DNA of 64,000 bases from Lingula anatina (Eukaryota > Animalia > Brachiopoda). Both the position numbers and the translations under genes were made by a program. The notes under the pieces were generated by a model. It had not been told where the DNA came from, ran no database searches, and was given only the letters and a program-made list of their open reading frames with translations. Where the stretch lies: positions 31,254,401 through 31,318,400 of the forward strand of contig CM120641.1 in assembly GCA_051362555.1 (NCBI GenBank). The letters run 5' to 3'. Below, one piece after another: positions 38,008 through 50,200 of this stretch (position 1 is its first letter; every line of letters starts with the position of its first letter).

Positions 38008-39094
38008 GGCCACACTTTTTTATTTTTATGGATGACATCCTCTGGGGACCCCAAAATCGGTGCGAGCGGGCGAAAAAAAAAAAACAGTCCAAAAAAAAAA
38101 TGCTTAAGAAAAGTTATGTTTTCAGTACACAGTTTTCAGAAACACTAATTTACCACAGAAACACGTATCAAACTAACAACATGTCTTTATCCATGCTCTC
38201 AAAATATTAAAGCATTGTGAATAGGGCCTACTTCGTAGAAAGGTAAAAAGTCATGAATATATATATGCTGCATTTTACCAAATCTATTTAAGGTTATTTC
38301 ATGCATTCTGTTGGTATAGCAATCAATAAAACAAATATCAAATAAACAGAGTGTCTTTATTTGCACTCTCAGAAAATTTAAGCATTGTGAACACTTCACA
38401 GAATTGTTAAAAAATGAAGCAAAGATAGGCCTATGCTTCCTACTACCAAATCTAAAAAAGGTAATTTCGGTCGATGCCATTTTGTCTACTTCGACTCACA
38501 CGTAGCAGCCAACTATTGGGTGGCCTGTCCGACCTTCAGTCCACCAAATACCACGACGCTCTTGTCGACCCTTTTTTCGCTACAAAAAAAACCTTGGTAA
38601 GCCTATGTGCTGCTTTGGACAGAATGTCACTGAAATTTTCCGGGCGATGATCGCTGGCCGCGGCCAGCCTTTCGTATAATTGTAAAAAGGTGATATCTCC
38701 ATGTCCAATATCAATGGCAAACCAATCCAAAACGACGGCCCCCGTTCTCTTTATGACTTTAATTGTCGTGTATTTTGAAATTAATGCTAGAGATGAATTT
38801 GATGGCCAAGCGGCCATATTTCCACGTGGTGATAATACACATGCGCAGAAAGCTCATTTTCCGCACTCGAAACTACTCGGATGTCTCCGCAGTCGACAAT
38901 GACAGCATGGAGCTTGCGGAATTAGCCGAGGATTGCCGATTGCATTTTCCGGCAAATTCAATAACGACGTTTGCGACAACCGACTTCCTTGGAGGGGGGG
39001 GGGAGTAGGGGGAATTTTTTTTTTTTTTTTTTGAGAACGGACGAAAATCGGTGCGCGCGCAGGATGTCATCCATAAAATTTAAAAAGTGTGGCC
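38008..39094. mobile_element. Non-autonomous Zator/PIF-Harbinger-like element, 1087 bp
   Basis: ~33 bp TIR GGCCACACTTTTT..ATTTTATGGATGACATCCT; 3 bp TSD TAA. Confidence 0.8.
38864..38942. mobile_element. 79 bp AcademH-type micro-MITE
   Basis: 9 bp TSD CATTTTCCG; ends CACTCG.. and ..CGATTG shared with the 54374-54740 element. Confidence 0.8.
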
Positions 39095-40331
39095 TAAGTT
39101 ACACATACAAATTTCAAGAAAAGTAACAATCTGCAGATTCGTTTAAATTACACTTCTCGTTCCCATGACCTGCTACTTACAGATGCTTGTGATGAGTTTA
39201 ATTACAGACGCGTACGCTCTCTAAAAATTGTATGTATATTTTCTTTAATTAGACTGTAGAAATAAACATTACAGTGTACAATACAATACAATACAAATCA
39301 CTTCTCACATACACATTTCTCAAAAACATACGCATACTGTACATACATACCTGTATGCGTGCTACGTGTAACTACTGTATAAAATAAATACATATAAAGA
39401 CAAGCAAAGCATTATTTTTTAGTTCAGAAAACATTCGATGTCCCTGTATTACGGATGCCCTCCATATTTTGATTTTCTGTAAATGTATTATTTTACCTGA
39501 AAAATAAGTAGACTTATTTTCTTATCATCATTTCCGAGAATAATATCCTATGCGTAAATCTGAACATTAGCTCCCTCTCCTTCACTTTTAATCCAGTTTT
39601 CGAGTTGTTTCCGCATGTTTTAAACAGCATCAAATTTAGTTAACGATATGTATATTATCTTTTATTTTGAAGAATTATACGTATCGGACTTTACTTGATT
39701 TCGACTGACGTGAAGGTCACTACATTGTATATAAAATTTAGTTTTGGGGTAATTAAAAAAGATAAATGGAATCATGTGGAAATTATCACAAGGAAGGGCG
39801 TGGTCTCGTGTAAAATCATGAATAAATAGAACAGTGAGTTTCCAGGCGGGAGTTTCAAGATTATTATAATTTATTCACATTGCTTGAGACGTTACGACGT
39901 TTAACGAGCGTGATTGATATCAATTTGAAACTATAGTGGTGGGCGTCAACTTATCAATATTTTAAGCCAACGATACGCGCACAATCGTTGTTTAAGGTTT
40001 CTCTCTGACCATAGGTGCGCTAGAAGTCTGTTACAAAATTGTTGAAAGGGACTGTATACTATTGTATATTATTTTAGAGGTCCTGATATCACAGGGCGGG
40101 TTAACGTTAATATACAATGTAGTGAAACGTAGAATTCTGACGTAAGGGGATATCTCAAATGGGAGTATGATAAAAGCTAAGCAATAAATTCAACTTTTTC
40201 CATCATTATTCAAGGACTTGCATTTCGTCTGAAATCAGTTCAATCTTTCCCCACACCAGAGGTGTATCGTGGTCCCGGTCCGTCACGTGAAGATACTAGG
40301 CCACTGCTTTCATAAACTACGCTACTTATAA

Positions 40332-40673
40332 AAGGATAATAATTCTTCGTTTTGGCCAAAAAAATGAATTTTCCTGGAGTAAACAATTTTCCCGTACTTA
40401 CCAGAGGTTAATGAATCCACTTTTACATTCAAAGTTAGTCCCTGTTTTTTTTCTAAAAAGTTTTTTTTTTTTTTGTTTAATAAAATCTCTTAAGAGATAA
40501 TAACAGAGTACAGCCATCAGTGGAGGTCACGTGATCTGAACACAATCTCAGATATCAGAATAATAGCTATAACTGCTGTTTTTGTCGTAAAACAGAATAT
40601 ATTTTATTTCTACGAGTTGTTCACAATGTTTTTATTGTGAAATATAGATCTCATATGAAGAGTTTTTATCCCT
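40332..40673. mobile_element. Kolobok-type MITE
   Basis: Homologous to 44786-45121; TATCCCT+TTAA right end, slightly mutated left end. Confidence 0.8.
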
Positions 40674-41530
40674 TTAACCCAGAAAACGAACGGAATGAGT
40701 TAGGTGTGATTTAGGTAGAGCAACCAAATATGTTAGAATTTGTTTTCACCAATTTATTCAGATGTTATGCGGAACAAATGCTTTATAAAAAGTAATATCT
40801 GAAAACAGTTTTAATTCAACTAGAAAATATATGAAAGCCGTTCAGAACGCCCCTCCGTGAAAAGATAAATATAATTCTTTTAAACCTACACAACAGCTTA
40901 AAATGTAATTTATATATTATTATTATACTGCCATACAATGTACACATTCTAGGTAAACCAATAATCCATATTTCAAACAACATTACGTCGTCAGCTTCAC
41001 AAAAAATAAAGGAAATTTATGTTCTTAATTATTAACATCAACACAGATTTAAAACAATGTAATTGATAGAAATTTAGACATTCTACAAAGTTTAATCAAA
41101 TCAAACCAATTCAATGTGGTGTTCACAACTTAAGCCTCACAAAAACAATTTCATCAAATCATTATAATATTGCTCATAAGCAAACAGAATGGAAATTTTA
41201 TCACTTGGTTGTCTCAGTTAGTGGGTCAATGTTTAAACAAACAATATAGCCCCACATATTTTGATATTTAATTTTGAAAGAAAAGGCTGAAAAACAAAAG
41301 CAAGTTTTACATCAGTATCTTGTGATAACACATGAATCATCCAATGGGACTATCATAAAAGTTGGAAAAAAAAGAATGAAAATATATTAATGCTTAATAT
41401 CAGTGTTGCCTGATATAAAACTGATCTAACACCAGAAAGCTATGGAGCTTGATGTGCTACACTCTAATTATTTCTCTGATCCAAATTACTGCCAAGTTTT
41501 AAGACACTTGAGAAGAAAAACATCGTCTCA

Positions 41531-41790
41531 GGCCCTATTCCCGTACCTAGATCGATCTAGCAGGATCGACCCATCTCCAAAGGGTTTCTCACTAAAGTAC
41601 ATTCAGCTTAAGTGGCTCTGACATCTGGCACTCCTACTGTAGCTGTTAGAGGGTAATTAACTATCATCTAGCAGATTCAGTAGGTGTGACAGACATCTAA
41701 GCTGCTTAATCTGAATGTAATTTAATGAGAACCCAGAGAATACAGAGATGGGTCGATCCTGCCAGATGGATCTTGGTACGGAAACAGGTC
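41531..41790. mobile_element. PIF/Harbinger-like MITE
   Basis: ~47 bp imperfect TIR ending GCAGGATCGACCCATCTC; TCA/TAA flanks. Confidence 0.7.
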
Positions 41791-41806
41791 TAAGTAAATC
41801 AACTGG

Positions 41807-42308
41807 TCAAGATTTGTATATGATGAACTGAACCAGATTTGTCCTTGCTGTCACACTGATAAGAATGTGGGCCCCCAGGCTGCTTTTCTGTTGATGAATC
41901 TGGAATAATTTCACAATATTCTTTCAGAAGATATCCATTGCTTTAATTGATCAATATGTCTTTAAATAAATATATTATTACACTGTAAAAAAATATATTA
42001 AATACCCAACTGCAGGAATCATTTTAGTAAGCAAAATGTGATGCTTTTTATCTTTATATTGTTTACTATGCAGATGATGGAACTGTTGCTGTTATAGGTC
42101 TTTAATTGTTTTAATAAAAATTAATAAAACCACAGGGAGCAGTTTTACCTCAGCTGTCAGCTGTGGTACCATATGGTCTGGAGTTTGTCTGTTACCCTGA
42201 TCTCCATGACAACAGGTGCTGATGATCAACGATGGCGTCCAGAGTCTCAGTAACCACCCATAATTTCTGCTCCTTGCTCACTTCTTCCACAAGAAATGTG
42301 CCAAAATT
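41807..42308 (-). pseudogene. HEATR3: Unprocessed pseudogene fragment: last two exons of HEAT repeat-containing protein 3
   Basis: Exon 42308-42149 reads GTFLVEEVSKEQKLWVVTETLDAIVD (frameshifted later). Exon 41899-41807 reads IHQQKSSLGAHILISVTARTNLVQFIIYKS*. Both resemble the HEATR3 C-terminus; GT-AG intron retained. Confidence 0.65.
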
Positions 42309-43378
42309 CTGAAGTGAAAAATGAACTAAACAACAAATCTGACATCAATCGTAGGTTTGCAGGAACTCTTGCTGAGTGCAAACAGCTGAAGTGAATGACA
42401 TGCCTCCTCTTGTTTTCAATATTCTTACATAATCAGCAGCTATTTTGTATTCTATTCAATGCCTGTGGAGGCGCTTCAGTCAATTAAGCTGATTGCACTT
42501 TGCGAGAGTCTAGGCACAGAGTTGGTTCACTCTAAGTAGACCTATGGTGTCTGTAGGAGCCCAAAGAGATCAGAATATATACACAAATACACACATCAAA
42601 CAAATATCTTCTGTGCTATATGAAACCAATTCAATGGCATCTATAGGCAAGAGAGGTGACACAAGAATAGTAAAATTCTTTGAAAAAATCAGATATTTTC
42701 ACTGTAACAGGTATGGTCTGTCCATAATAGAAGTGAATTGTTGTTTTTCATTGTTCCAAATCTTTTGGTTTAGTTTGGTTTTCTGCCTAGCCATCAATAC
42801 TACTGTGTCTGTACTCTTTCAATATTTTAATCTATCAACTGAACACAACCATTCATTAACACTGGCATTATGAGTAAACCATCATCATATTTATATAAAA
42901 CCCAAATAGGTTATATAATACTGATTCATATAATATTAATTCACGTTATAGAATAAAATGATATCTATTAGTACATCAACCTTTAGACATAGCAAATATT
43001 AAGACTTTTTTGAAATTTTTGAAAATACTGTTTATTTCAGAGCCTGAAATATTTTGTCTATTTTCCCTAAAGAAAATTGTACCTGTTAAAAAAATATTTT
43101 TCAGGGTGATGTGACTTTCATTTCTACAATGGGAACTCCTGGCATGTTTATCTTGGAGATGGTCAGCGCTACACTATATTAGTTTTGGCTCATATAATAA
43201 TCAAACGTAAAGTGCACATGATGTAATCAGAAACTCTGCAAAAACTCATCCCATTGAGTTCCTGTTTACTCTGTGCCTCAGCAACCAGGAGATTGCACTC
43301 TTTCATCCAAAAGAAGGCTATAGATGAACATTATCAGTATCAGAGGTTTTTTTAGGTAATTTTCTTGATATTGACTAA

Positions 43379-43593
43379 GACCCCATTCCCAGAGATTAGA
43401 TCCATCCAAACTAGATCAACCTAACTCCCTGGGGGTTCATGCTACATTGCTGTCAGTCGAGCGGGCACCATAGTTAATTACCCCCTTACAGTTTGTAGTA
43501 GGCGGGACAGACATTTAAGCCGGATTATCTGACAGTAATCTAGTGAGACTCCCCACGGGGATAGATCGATCTAAAATCTCTGGGAATACACTC
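43379..43593. mobile_element. PIF/Harbinger-like MITE related to 41531
   Basis: TIR with ATTCCCAGAGATT / AATCTCTGGGAAT; TAA/TTA flanks; shares internal GACAGACAT.TAAGC. Confidence 0.65.
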
Positions 43594-43989
43594 TTATACA
43601 GTACAAATGGCAATGACGCTAGACAGCTGTTAATAGTAAATGTAAATCGGCAGTGTGTGCATGTATACATAAAAAAATCATAAAATTCTTGAAAGAAAAA
43701 TCAGAACCAAATCAGTAAAATGTACGTGACTGATTTATGGCTTCAGTCAGTTTGAGATACATGTATGTTTACAGTTATCCAAACTCAACTTTGATTTAAA
43801 AAAAAAAAGTGTCCTACCCTACCCTTTAAAAAAAAGACATGCATGTAATTTTTATACCCCCCCAAAAAAGTTGTTAAGTATTATAATATTATAATATAAT
43901 AATGAACAACTGAGGATTAGTTATGCCTGACCACATATAATGTTTTATCTTTTATGTACTCTGTGTGAGGTAAAACGTTGTGAACTTTT

Positions 43990-44331
43990 TGTTGTGATTT
44001 TTAGGAGTGAAAATTCAGAACGTCTCTCTGGTGGCTGGTTTGAAACTTTGTGAGGTCTGTCTCAATAGTTTTCCGAAAAGATGCCTTAATAACTTATAAA
44101 CAACAGATTGAGTGAATGCAACGTACCAAAAAACTTTCAAAAACACCACCATCTGCACTGAAGAAAAAAAACTGTGGTAGAAAATTTACTAAGTTCTGTT
44201 GAAAAGTTGAAAAGGTTAAAGTTAAGCAAAAATACTGTTGAAAACGCATCTTCCACCAAAGAATCTAAAGCTTGTAGATGTTTGATGTCAGTCATCAATG
44301 AACCTGAAGATAAAACTTTACCTTCTACATG

Positions 44332-44391
<60 letters not shown>

Positions 44392-44724
44392 CCAGACCAT
44401 GGTTACACTAGATCCCAAGGAGGGGTTGAAAGTGCATGTAATTATGGTGATTTTAAAGTTCAACCGGATCACGACTACAGTTCGACCACTGAGGAATCAG
44501 AGACGAAAAACAGTGATGAGCTTTTGAGATCCATATCTGCTTTTCATTCTTATGCATTATCTGATGAACTACTGAAGCTGGACACACAATTGAAAAAACT
44601 GTGTCACACTGGGGCTAGTGTATCATGGCAACGAAACCCAGAAGTTTTGATGAATGATAATCATAATGAGTTGGAGTGTAACTGTCCTTTTCTGTTGCAT
44701 GTGTTGGCTACCTGTCTGTCTTAA
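43990..44724 (+). pseudogene. Probable Academ transposase N-terminal remnant
   Basis: KLCEVC and LKKLC...SV...NELECNCPFLLHVL resemble Academ transposase N-termini; convergent with the RecQ helicase. Confidence 0.45.
44335..44387. repeat. (TA)n microsatellite
   Basis: Directly visible. Confidence 0.95.
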
Positions 44725-44785
44725 AAAAAGTGAATTTAAAATTATTTTTACATCAATCTGACTTGAAAAAAATGCATTTAATTAA

Positions 44786-45121
44786 AGGGATAATAAATCT
44801 TCGTTTTGGCCAAAAAATGAATTTTCCTGGAGTACACAACAATTTTCCCATACTTACCAATGGTTAATGAATCCATTTTTACATTCAAAGTTAGTCCTTG
44901 TTTTTTTATCTAAAAAGTTTGGTTTTTTGTTCAAATCTCTTAAGAGATTATAACAGAGTATAGCTGTCAATGGAAGTCACATGGTCTGAAGACCAACTCA
45001 GATATCAGAATAATAGCTATAACTGCCGTTTTTGTGGTAAAACAATATATTATATTTCTGTGAGTTATTCACAATGTTTATATTGTGAAATATAAATCTC
45101 ATACGAAGAGTTATTATCCCT
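44786..45121. mobile_element. Kolobok-type MITE, 336 bp
   Basis: 19 bp TIR AGGGATAATAA(A/C)TCTTCGT; TTAA TSD; purine-starting termini. Confidence 0.85.
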
Positions 45122-45195
45122 TTAATATCTATGTAAATTAGATGCCTTTTATTTTTTCTAACAAAGTCTTGCACCCAATTTTTTAGACTACATAT

Positions 45196-45685
45196 TGTCG
45201 GGTACCGCCCGATCAGTTATGAACTTTATGTAATACCAGCCTATGCCGGTTGATCACGATAGCAGTTCAATACGTCCACGGTTCGATGTCTAATCATACG
45301 CATGTAAACACGCAAAGAGAACGAACTCAAGTCCCATGTAAGTTTTCTGTAACTATAACGAATATTTACTTCAGATATAGAGCATGTACTACAATCGTCG
45401 TGTCTCAAATGATTTCTAGCAAAAGCCCCTCTCACAGTAAGCAACCTAGCTTTTATAGAGGTTATACAGTCACCTGGTTAAATTACATTAAAGGCCACAC
45501 CATGACCTGCTGGACAACAGTTAATTAAATTAGGGGTCACTCAACCACCTCCACATCCTCCTAGGAAGTGCCCAGTTCAGCTGGCTTCAAAAACACAAAG
45601 GCAATGAAATTCAGAAATAAGATCATACCTGTACGGATATGGAAGTTTTCATAAATGTATTACAAACGTTAAGGTGTCCCTGACA
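45196..45685 (-). repeat. Gypsy 3' LTR
   Basis: TGTC..GACA termini; matches 52036-52525. Confidence 0.95.
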
Positions 45686-47278
45686 CATTCCTCCTTTTCC
45701 CACATAAAAAAAAAAAAAATGTTAACATATTTTTTTTTTCTTTATAGATATAAACACACCTATTTGTAAATGTGAATTAACGCTCTGGGTTAAAAAAAAC
45801 TTTCCCCGTTTAAAGAAAAAAAAAAAAAAAAAAAAAAACTCACTATATGTTTGTAACCATATGAGGAGAAAAATCGAGGAAAGAAAAACCGTGAGCTAAA
45901 ACGTATAAAGATGTTTAAAAAAAATTATTAAAATAGCACTGTAGCACAAGCAGATGTTCATATATACAATTGTTTATATAAGACACAGCTCATTTATATA
46001 TAATTCTATTCTGCTGTCACTGAGTAATTGTTAAATTTATTAACAACTGTCCTTTGTCTGATTTGTTGAAGATTCACTTCTCTTAAACATGTTCTCCGAG
46101 AAAGTCCATGTTGTTCTGCTCAATTCCGCGAGTCCACATTAAATGATGCATAGAGCAATCTTCCATCTCTGTGATGCTGGCAGTAACCCTGCTTGGGAAG
46201 CAACGAGCGAGTACGTCTTGCTCAAGGACGAGCCCGGGTAAGCAAGATTCGTGGTAACCCATTCCTCCACTACAGACCTCAATCACTAACGTGACCTCAG
46301 GACTGCTCTTGCCCGGTTGTTTATACTCGTGTCCACGAGTTAACTGCATTAAGTGTCCTAAAACATCATCGACGGGTTCCTTCTCAGATCAGTGCGTGTC
46401 CATGTCTGGTCATTTCACACCCTGGGAATCTTTCTGGAGATGCTGGGTACACCACATTACTTCTGCCTTTGAAACTCTCAACCATGTCAGATAATGTCTG
46501 AAAAACACAAGAAGAAAAATCGCCTCCCGGTCGGGCAGCATGGTTACAATATGCAAATGAAACGTTACAAATATTATGTATATATATAAAAAAATCTTCC
46601 ATACAGCTTCTGAAAAGAAAAATTTGCTTGATTAGTGTTTTAAGTAATTCATTCCCTCCTAAATCTCTGAAAGTCAAAATGTCATTAATACAAAACAGTC
46701 ATTCCCAACATTATAGTATTTGAGTCACTGATCCTTAACATAATCCTGGACGCAGGCCTATATCCAAAAAAAAAAAATACCGTTTTATTTTATTTTATTT
46801 TATTCATTTGATTAAGGTTTTTATTTATTTATTTAGTTAGTTAGTTATCGCGATAGCTTAGAGCCGATCATGCGAAATCGAACAATCCTCAATATCCCTA
46901 GATGACCGCACGTTATGACCAGGAATAGCCACATCCAACCTAACCTAAGGACCAGGCATGACCTCTCGGGGATTCTCCAACTCGCAAAACGGTTAACATC
47001 CTACCTAATGTTTGTGTGTGTGTTATTTTGCTATAGCTTTTAAGAAAATGTTGTTTTAAACCCTATTTATGCCTTTTATTTGTTATTACTTCGCGGTTTA
47101 AATCGCGGTTTACTCGATGTTACGCGTTGTCCCCTGGGCCTTTGTCACTTTTAACTGCTGTCTCTGGGTGATTACACTCTGTCAGACAGCCTGCTCCATT
47201 CTCCTGTGATTCCTAGAATAAAAAGGAAACTCACATATTATTTGAAATGCGCGCGACTTACATTCCCTTATAAACCAC

Positions 47279-50200
47279 TTAATTAGAGATCTCCATTTGT
47301 TCTCGCTCGACTACGCCCTCGCAGTCAGCTTCCTCCATTTGTTCCTGCTCGACCACGCCCTCGTAGTCGGCTGCTCTTAACCTCTTGTGACTAACCTGAT
47401 TCTCGTCTTCCCCGATACATCTCTTCCTGAACCTAGTGTTGTAGGAATGAGTGGGGATACTGAATTGTGGCGCTGCACCGTGCCTACGCCTTGCGGGTAC
47501 AGTTTGTCGGTTACTGACTGAGTTAGACTCACCTGTCATACTCACCGACACCTCCCTATCTGCGTGGCTGGATACCCTTCTACGTTTGTTTGAATCTGGC
47601 ACTTCGTGTTGTGGAGTGGGTTCTTCCCTTGTGGCATTTGAGTTGACTGGTGGTCCACCAAGTTGCAACTGCGGTCCCCCTGGATTTGCCCTCCTCCTGA
47701 ATACACGGCGTGCACGTGGCCTGACTTCATCCCATGGTAATCCTCTGTCTACCAATCTGAGTTTGTTCCTGTTAACAACCCGTGACTTGCCTGTTTGCTG
47801 GTGGGTGACCCAGAAAACATTTCCTCTGTGTCGTGTGACTGTCCAGACTGGGTCCCACTTGGATCCGAAAGTTACGTTGTCAGGAGCGTAAACTATAACA
47901 GTGTCTCCTACCTCTATCTTGTTGGCGTTTGCTTTCGCGTCAAATCTCCGTTTGTTTTCTAATCTTGAAGACTGAAGATTATCTCTTGCGGCTGTCAAAG
48001 CGTCTGCCAGATCTCCCAATCTCCCATTTAGTGCATGATAATTGTTTGATGGGTTTAACATCGATGACAGTGGCAAACGCGGCCGACGTCCATATGTCAG
48101 ATAGAAAGGTGTGAAGCCCGTAACCGATGAAACGCTATTTCGGTATGCGAACAAGGCATTAGCCGTTTGTTCTTCCCACTTGCGTGTATCGTTATTGACG
48201 AGCCGCGATATCAATTGTTTAAAAGTTTGATTGAATTTTTCTATTTTGCCAGAGCATTTTGGATTGTACGCCGTCGTTCTTCTGTGATCGATGCCTAAAT
48301 TCGCCAAGTAGGTCTGGAATTCCATAGCGCTGAATTCGCTTCCCCTATCCGAGATCACGATTTCTGGAATTCCATGTCGCGGGAAAAATTCGGTGGCTAG
48401 CGCAGTTTCTACTGACTTGGATGTTTTATCTGGAATTGGAAAACATTCCGCCCAGCCACTCAGGTAACAAATCACATTTAGGCAGTAGCGATTTCCTTTT
48501 TCTGATTCCTGAAAAGGTCCTACTAAGTCCATCCCTATCATTTGAAAAGGGTACGCCGCTTCCGGTAGCTGTCCTAATGTGGTTCGCTGGGGAACACTTC
48601 TATGAGCAAGGCAGGTTGTACACCTCCGTATCCAATTGGTTATGTGTTTGCGCATTCCTTTCCAAACGTAACACTCCCTGACGCGACAAAGGGTCTTAAA
48701 AGCTGACATGTGTCCCACATCTTTGTGGCATCGTCCTATAATTTGATTTCTATATGCATGAGGTAACACCAATCGCGGATATTCAGGTTCTGATTGAGTA
48801 GGAGGTCTAACTGAATATAAAACACCTTGATAAATTTCATAGTCTGAGTCCTCATTTTCAAGAGCTTCCTTTATCTCCTTTGGGAATTCGGCACCCTGAT
48901 ATCGGATGATATCCTCCACATTTAGTCCATCGGCTTCGAGGGGAATATTGTGCAAAGCCATACTGTCCGGGAACGATCTGGGGTCAAACCAGTTTTCTTC
49001 AATGTCAATAATAGCCATTTCTTCGCGTTCTGCCGGTAGTCGACTGAGGAAATCCGCGCATACGTTTTTCGTGCCTTTTATGTATTCAATCTTTGCATTA
49101 TACTCTGCGAGTATCGCTGCCCATCTTTGTAAACGCGCATTTTGTATTTTGGACGAAAACAGTGCCTTCAGGGGTTTGTGATCGGTGTAAATTGTCACGT
49201 CCGATCCCCACAGATAGGGTCGCAATTTGTTCACGTTGTACATTACAGCATACGCTTCCTTCTCTATCGTAGAGTATCTTTGCTGGCTCGGAGATAGTTT
49301 GTGACTTACATATTGTACGACTCTATCTTGTCCCTTCTCATTTGTTTGGACCAGCACGCCCCCTATCGCGGAATTGCTCGCATCTGTATACAGTTTATAC
49401 GGTTCGTTTATTCTGGGATGGGCCATAACTCTATTGGACATCAACAGTTCTTTCAGTTTCTCAAAACTTCGTTGGTGTTCTTCCGTCCATTCAAACGGCA
49501 CATTTTTGTTTGTCAACTTATACAATGGGGCTGCGATCCCTGCGAAGTCTGGGACAGTCCTCGCGTAATAGTTGCACATTCCTAAAAATGATCTCACATC
49601 TTTAACTCGCGTAGGCGTTGCCATTTCTTTGATGGGTCGCAACTTCTCCGGGTTGCTACGTATGCCGTCCTTGTTGATGATATATCCCAGCAGGTGCACT
49701 TCACTTTTTGCAAACTCGCATTTCTTGGGGTTAATTTTGAGGTTGGCCTTTCTGAAGCGGTCAAACACTTGTTGTAAGTGCACGACGTGATCTTCCATGT
49801 TTTGCGAGAAAATCACGCAGTCGTCGATGTAGCAATATACTGATTTGCCGATGAGTCCGTTCAATACGTGATCGATCAGTTTCTGATAGTGATTAGGTCC
49901 ATTAGAAAGGCCGAAAGGCATAGTCTTGTACTCAAACAGACCGCGGTGGCAGATGAATGCAGTCTTATGCATGTCTGCTTCGTCGAGTGCACATTGATTG
50001 AACCCCTGTTTTAAATCAATTACGCTGTAAACTGTGGCTCCACCGATGTTATCAAAAATATCGTTGATTAAAGGTAAAGGATACCTATCAATCTTCGTAA
50101 TTTCATTCAGTTTACGGTAATCTACGCAAAACCTCATAGATCCATCTGATTTAGGTGTTAAAAGGACAGGTGAAGACCACTGACTTTGGCTTGGTCTGAT

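Noticed and set aside
45241-45528. Duplicated small ORFs (also 52081-52368)
   Set aside because: They lie within the two identical LTRs; no coding evidence.
46720-47120. Self-cleaving ribozyme in the Gypsy 3' region
   Set aside because: Could not find hammerhead, twister or HDV core motifs by eye.
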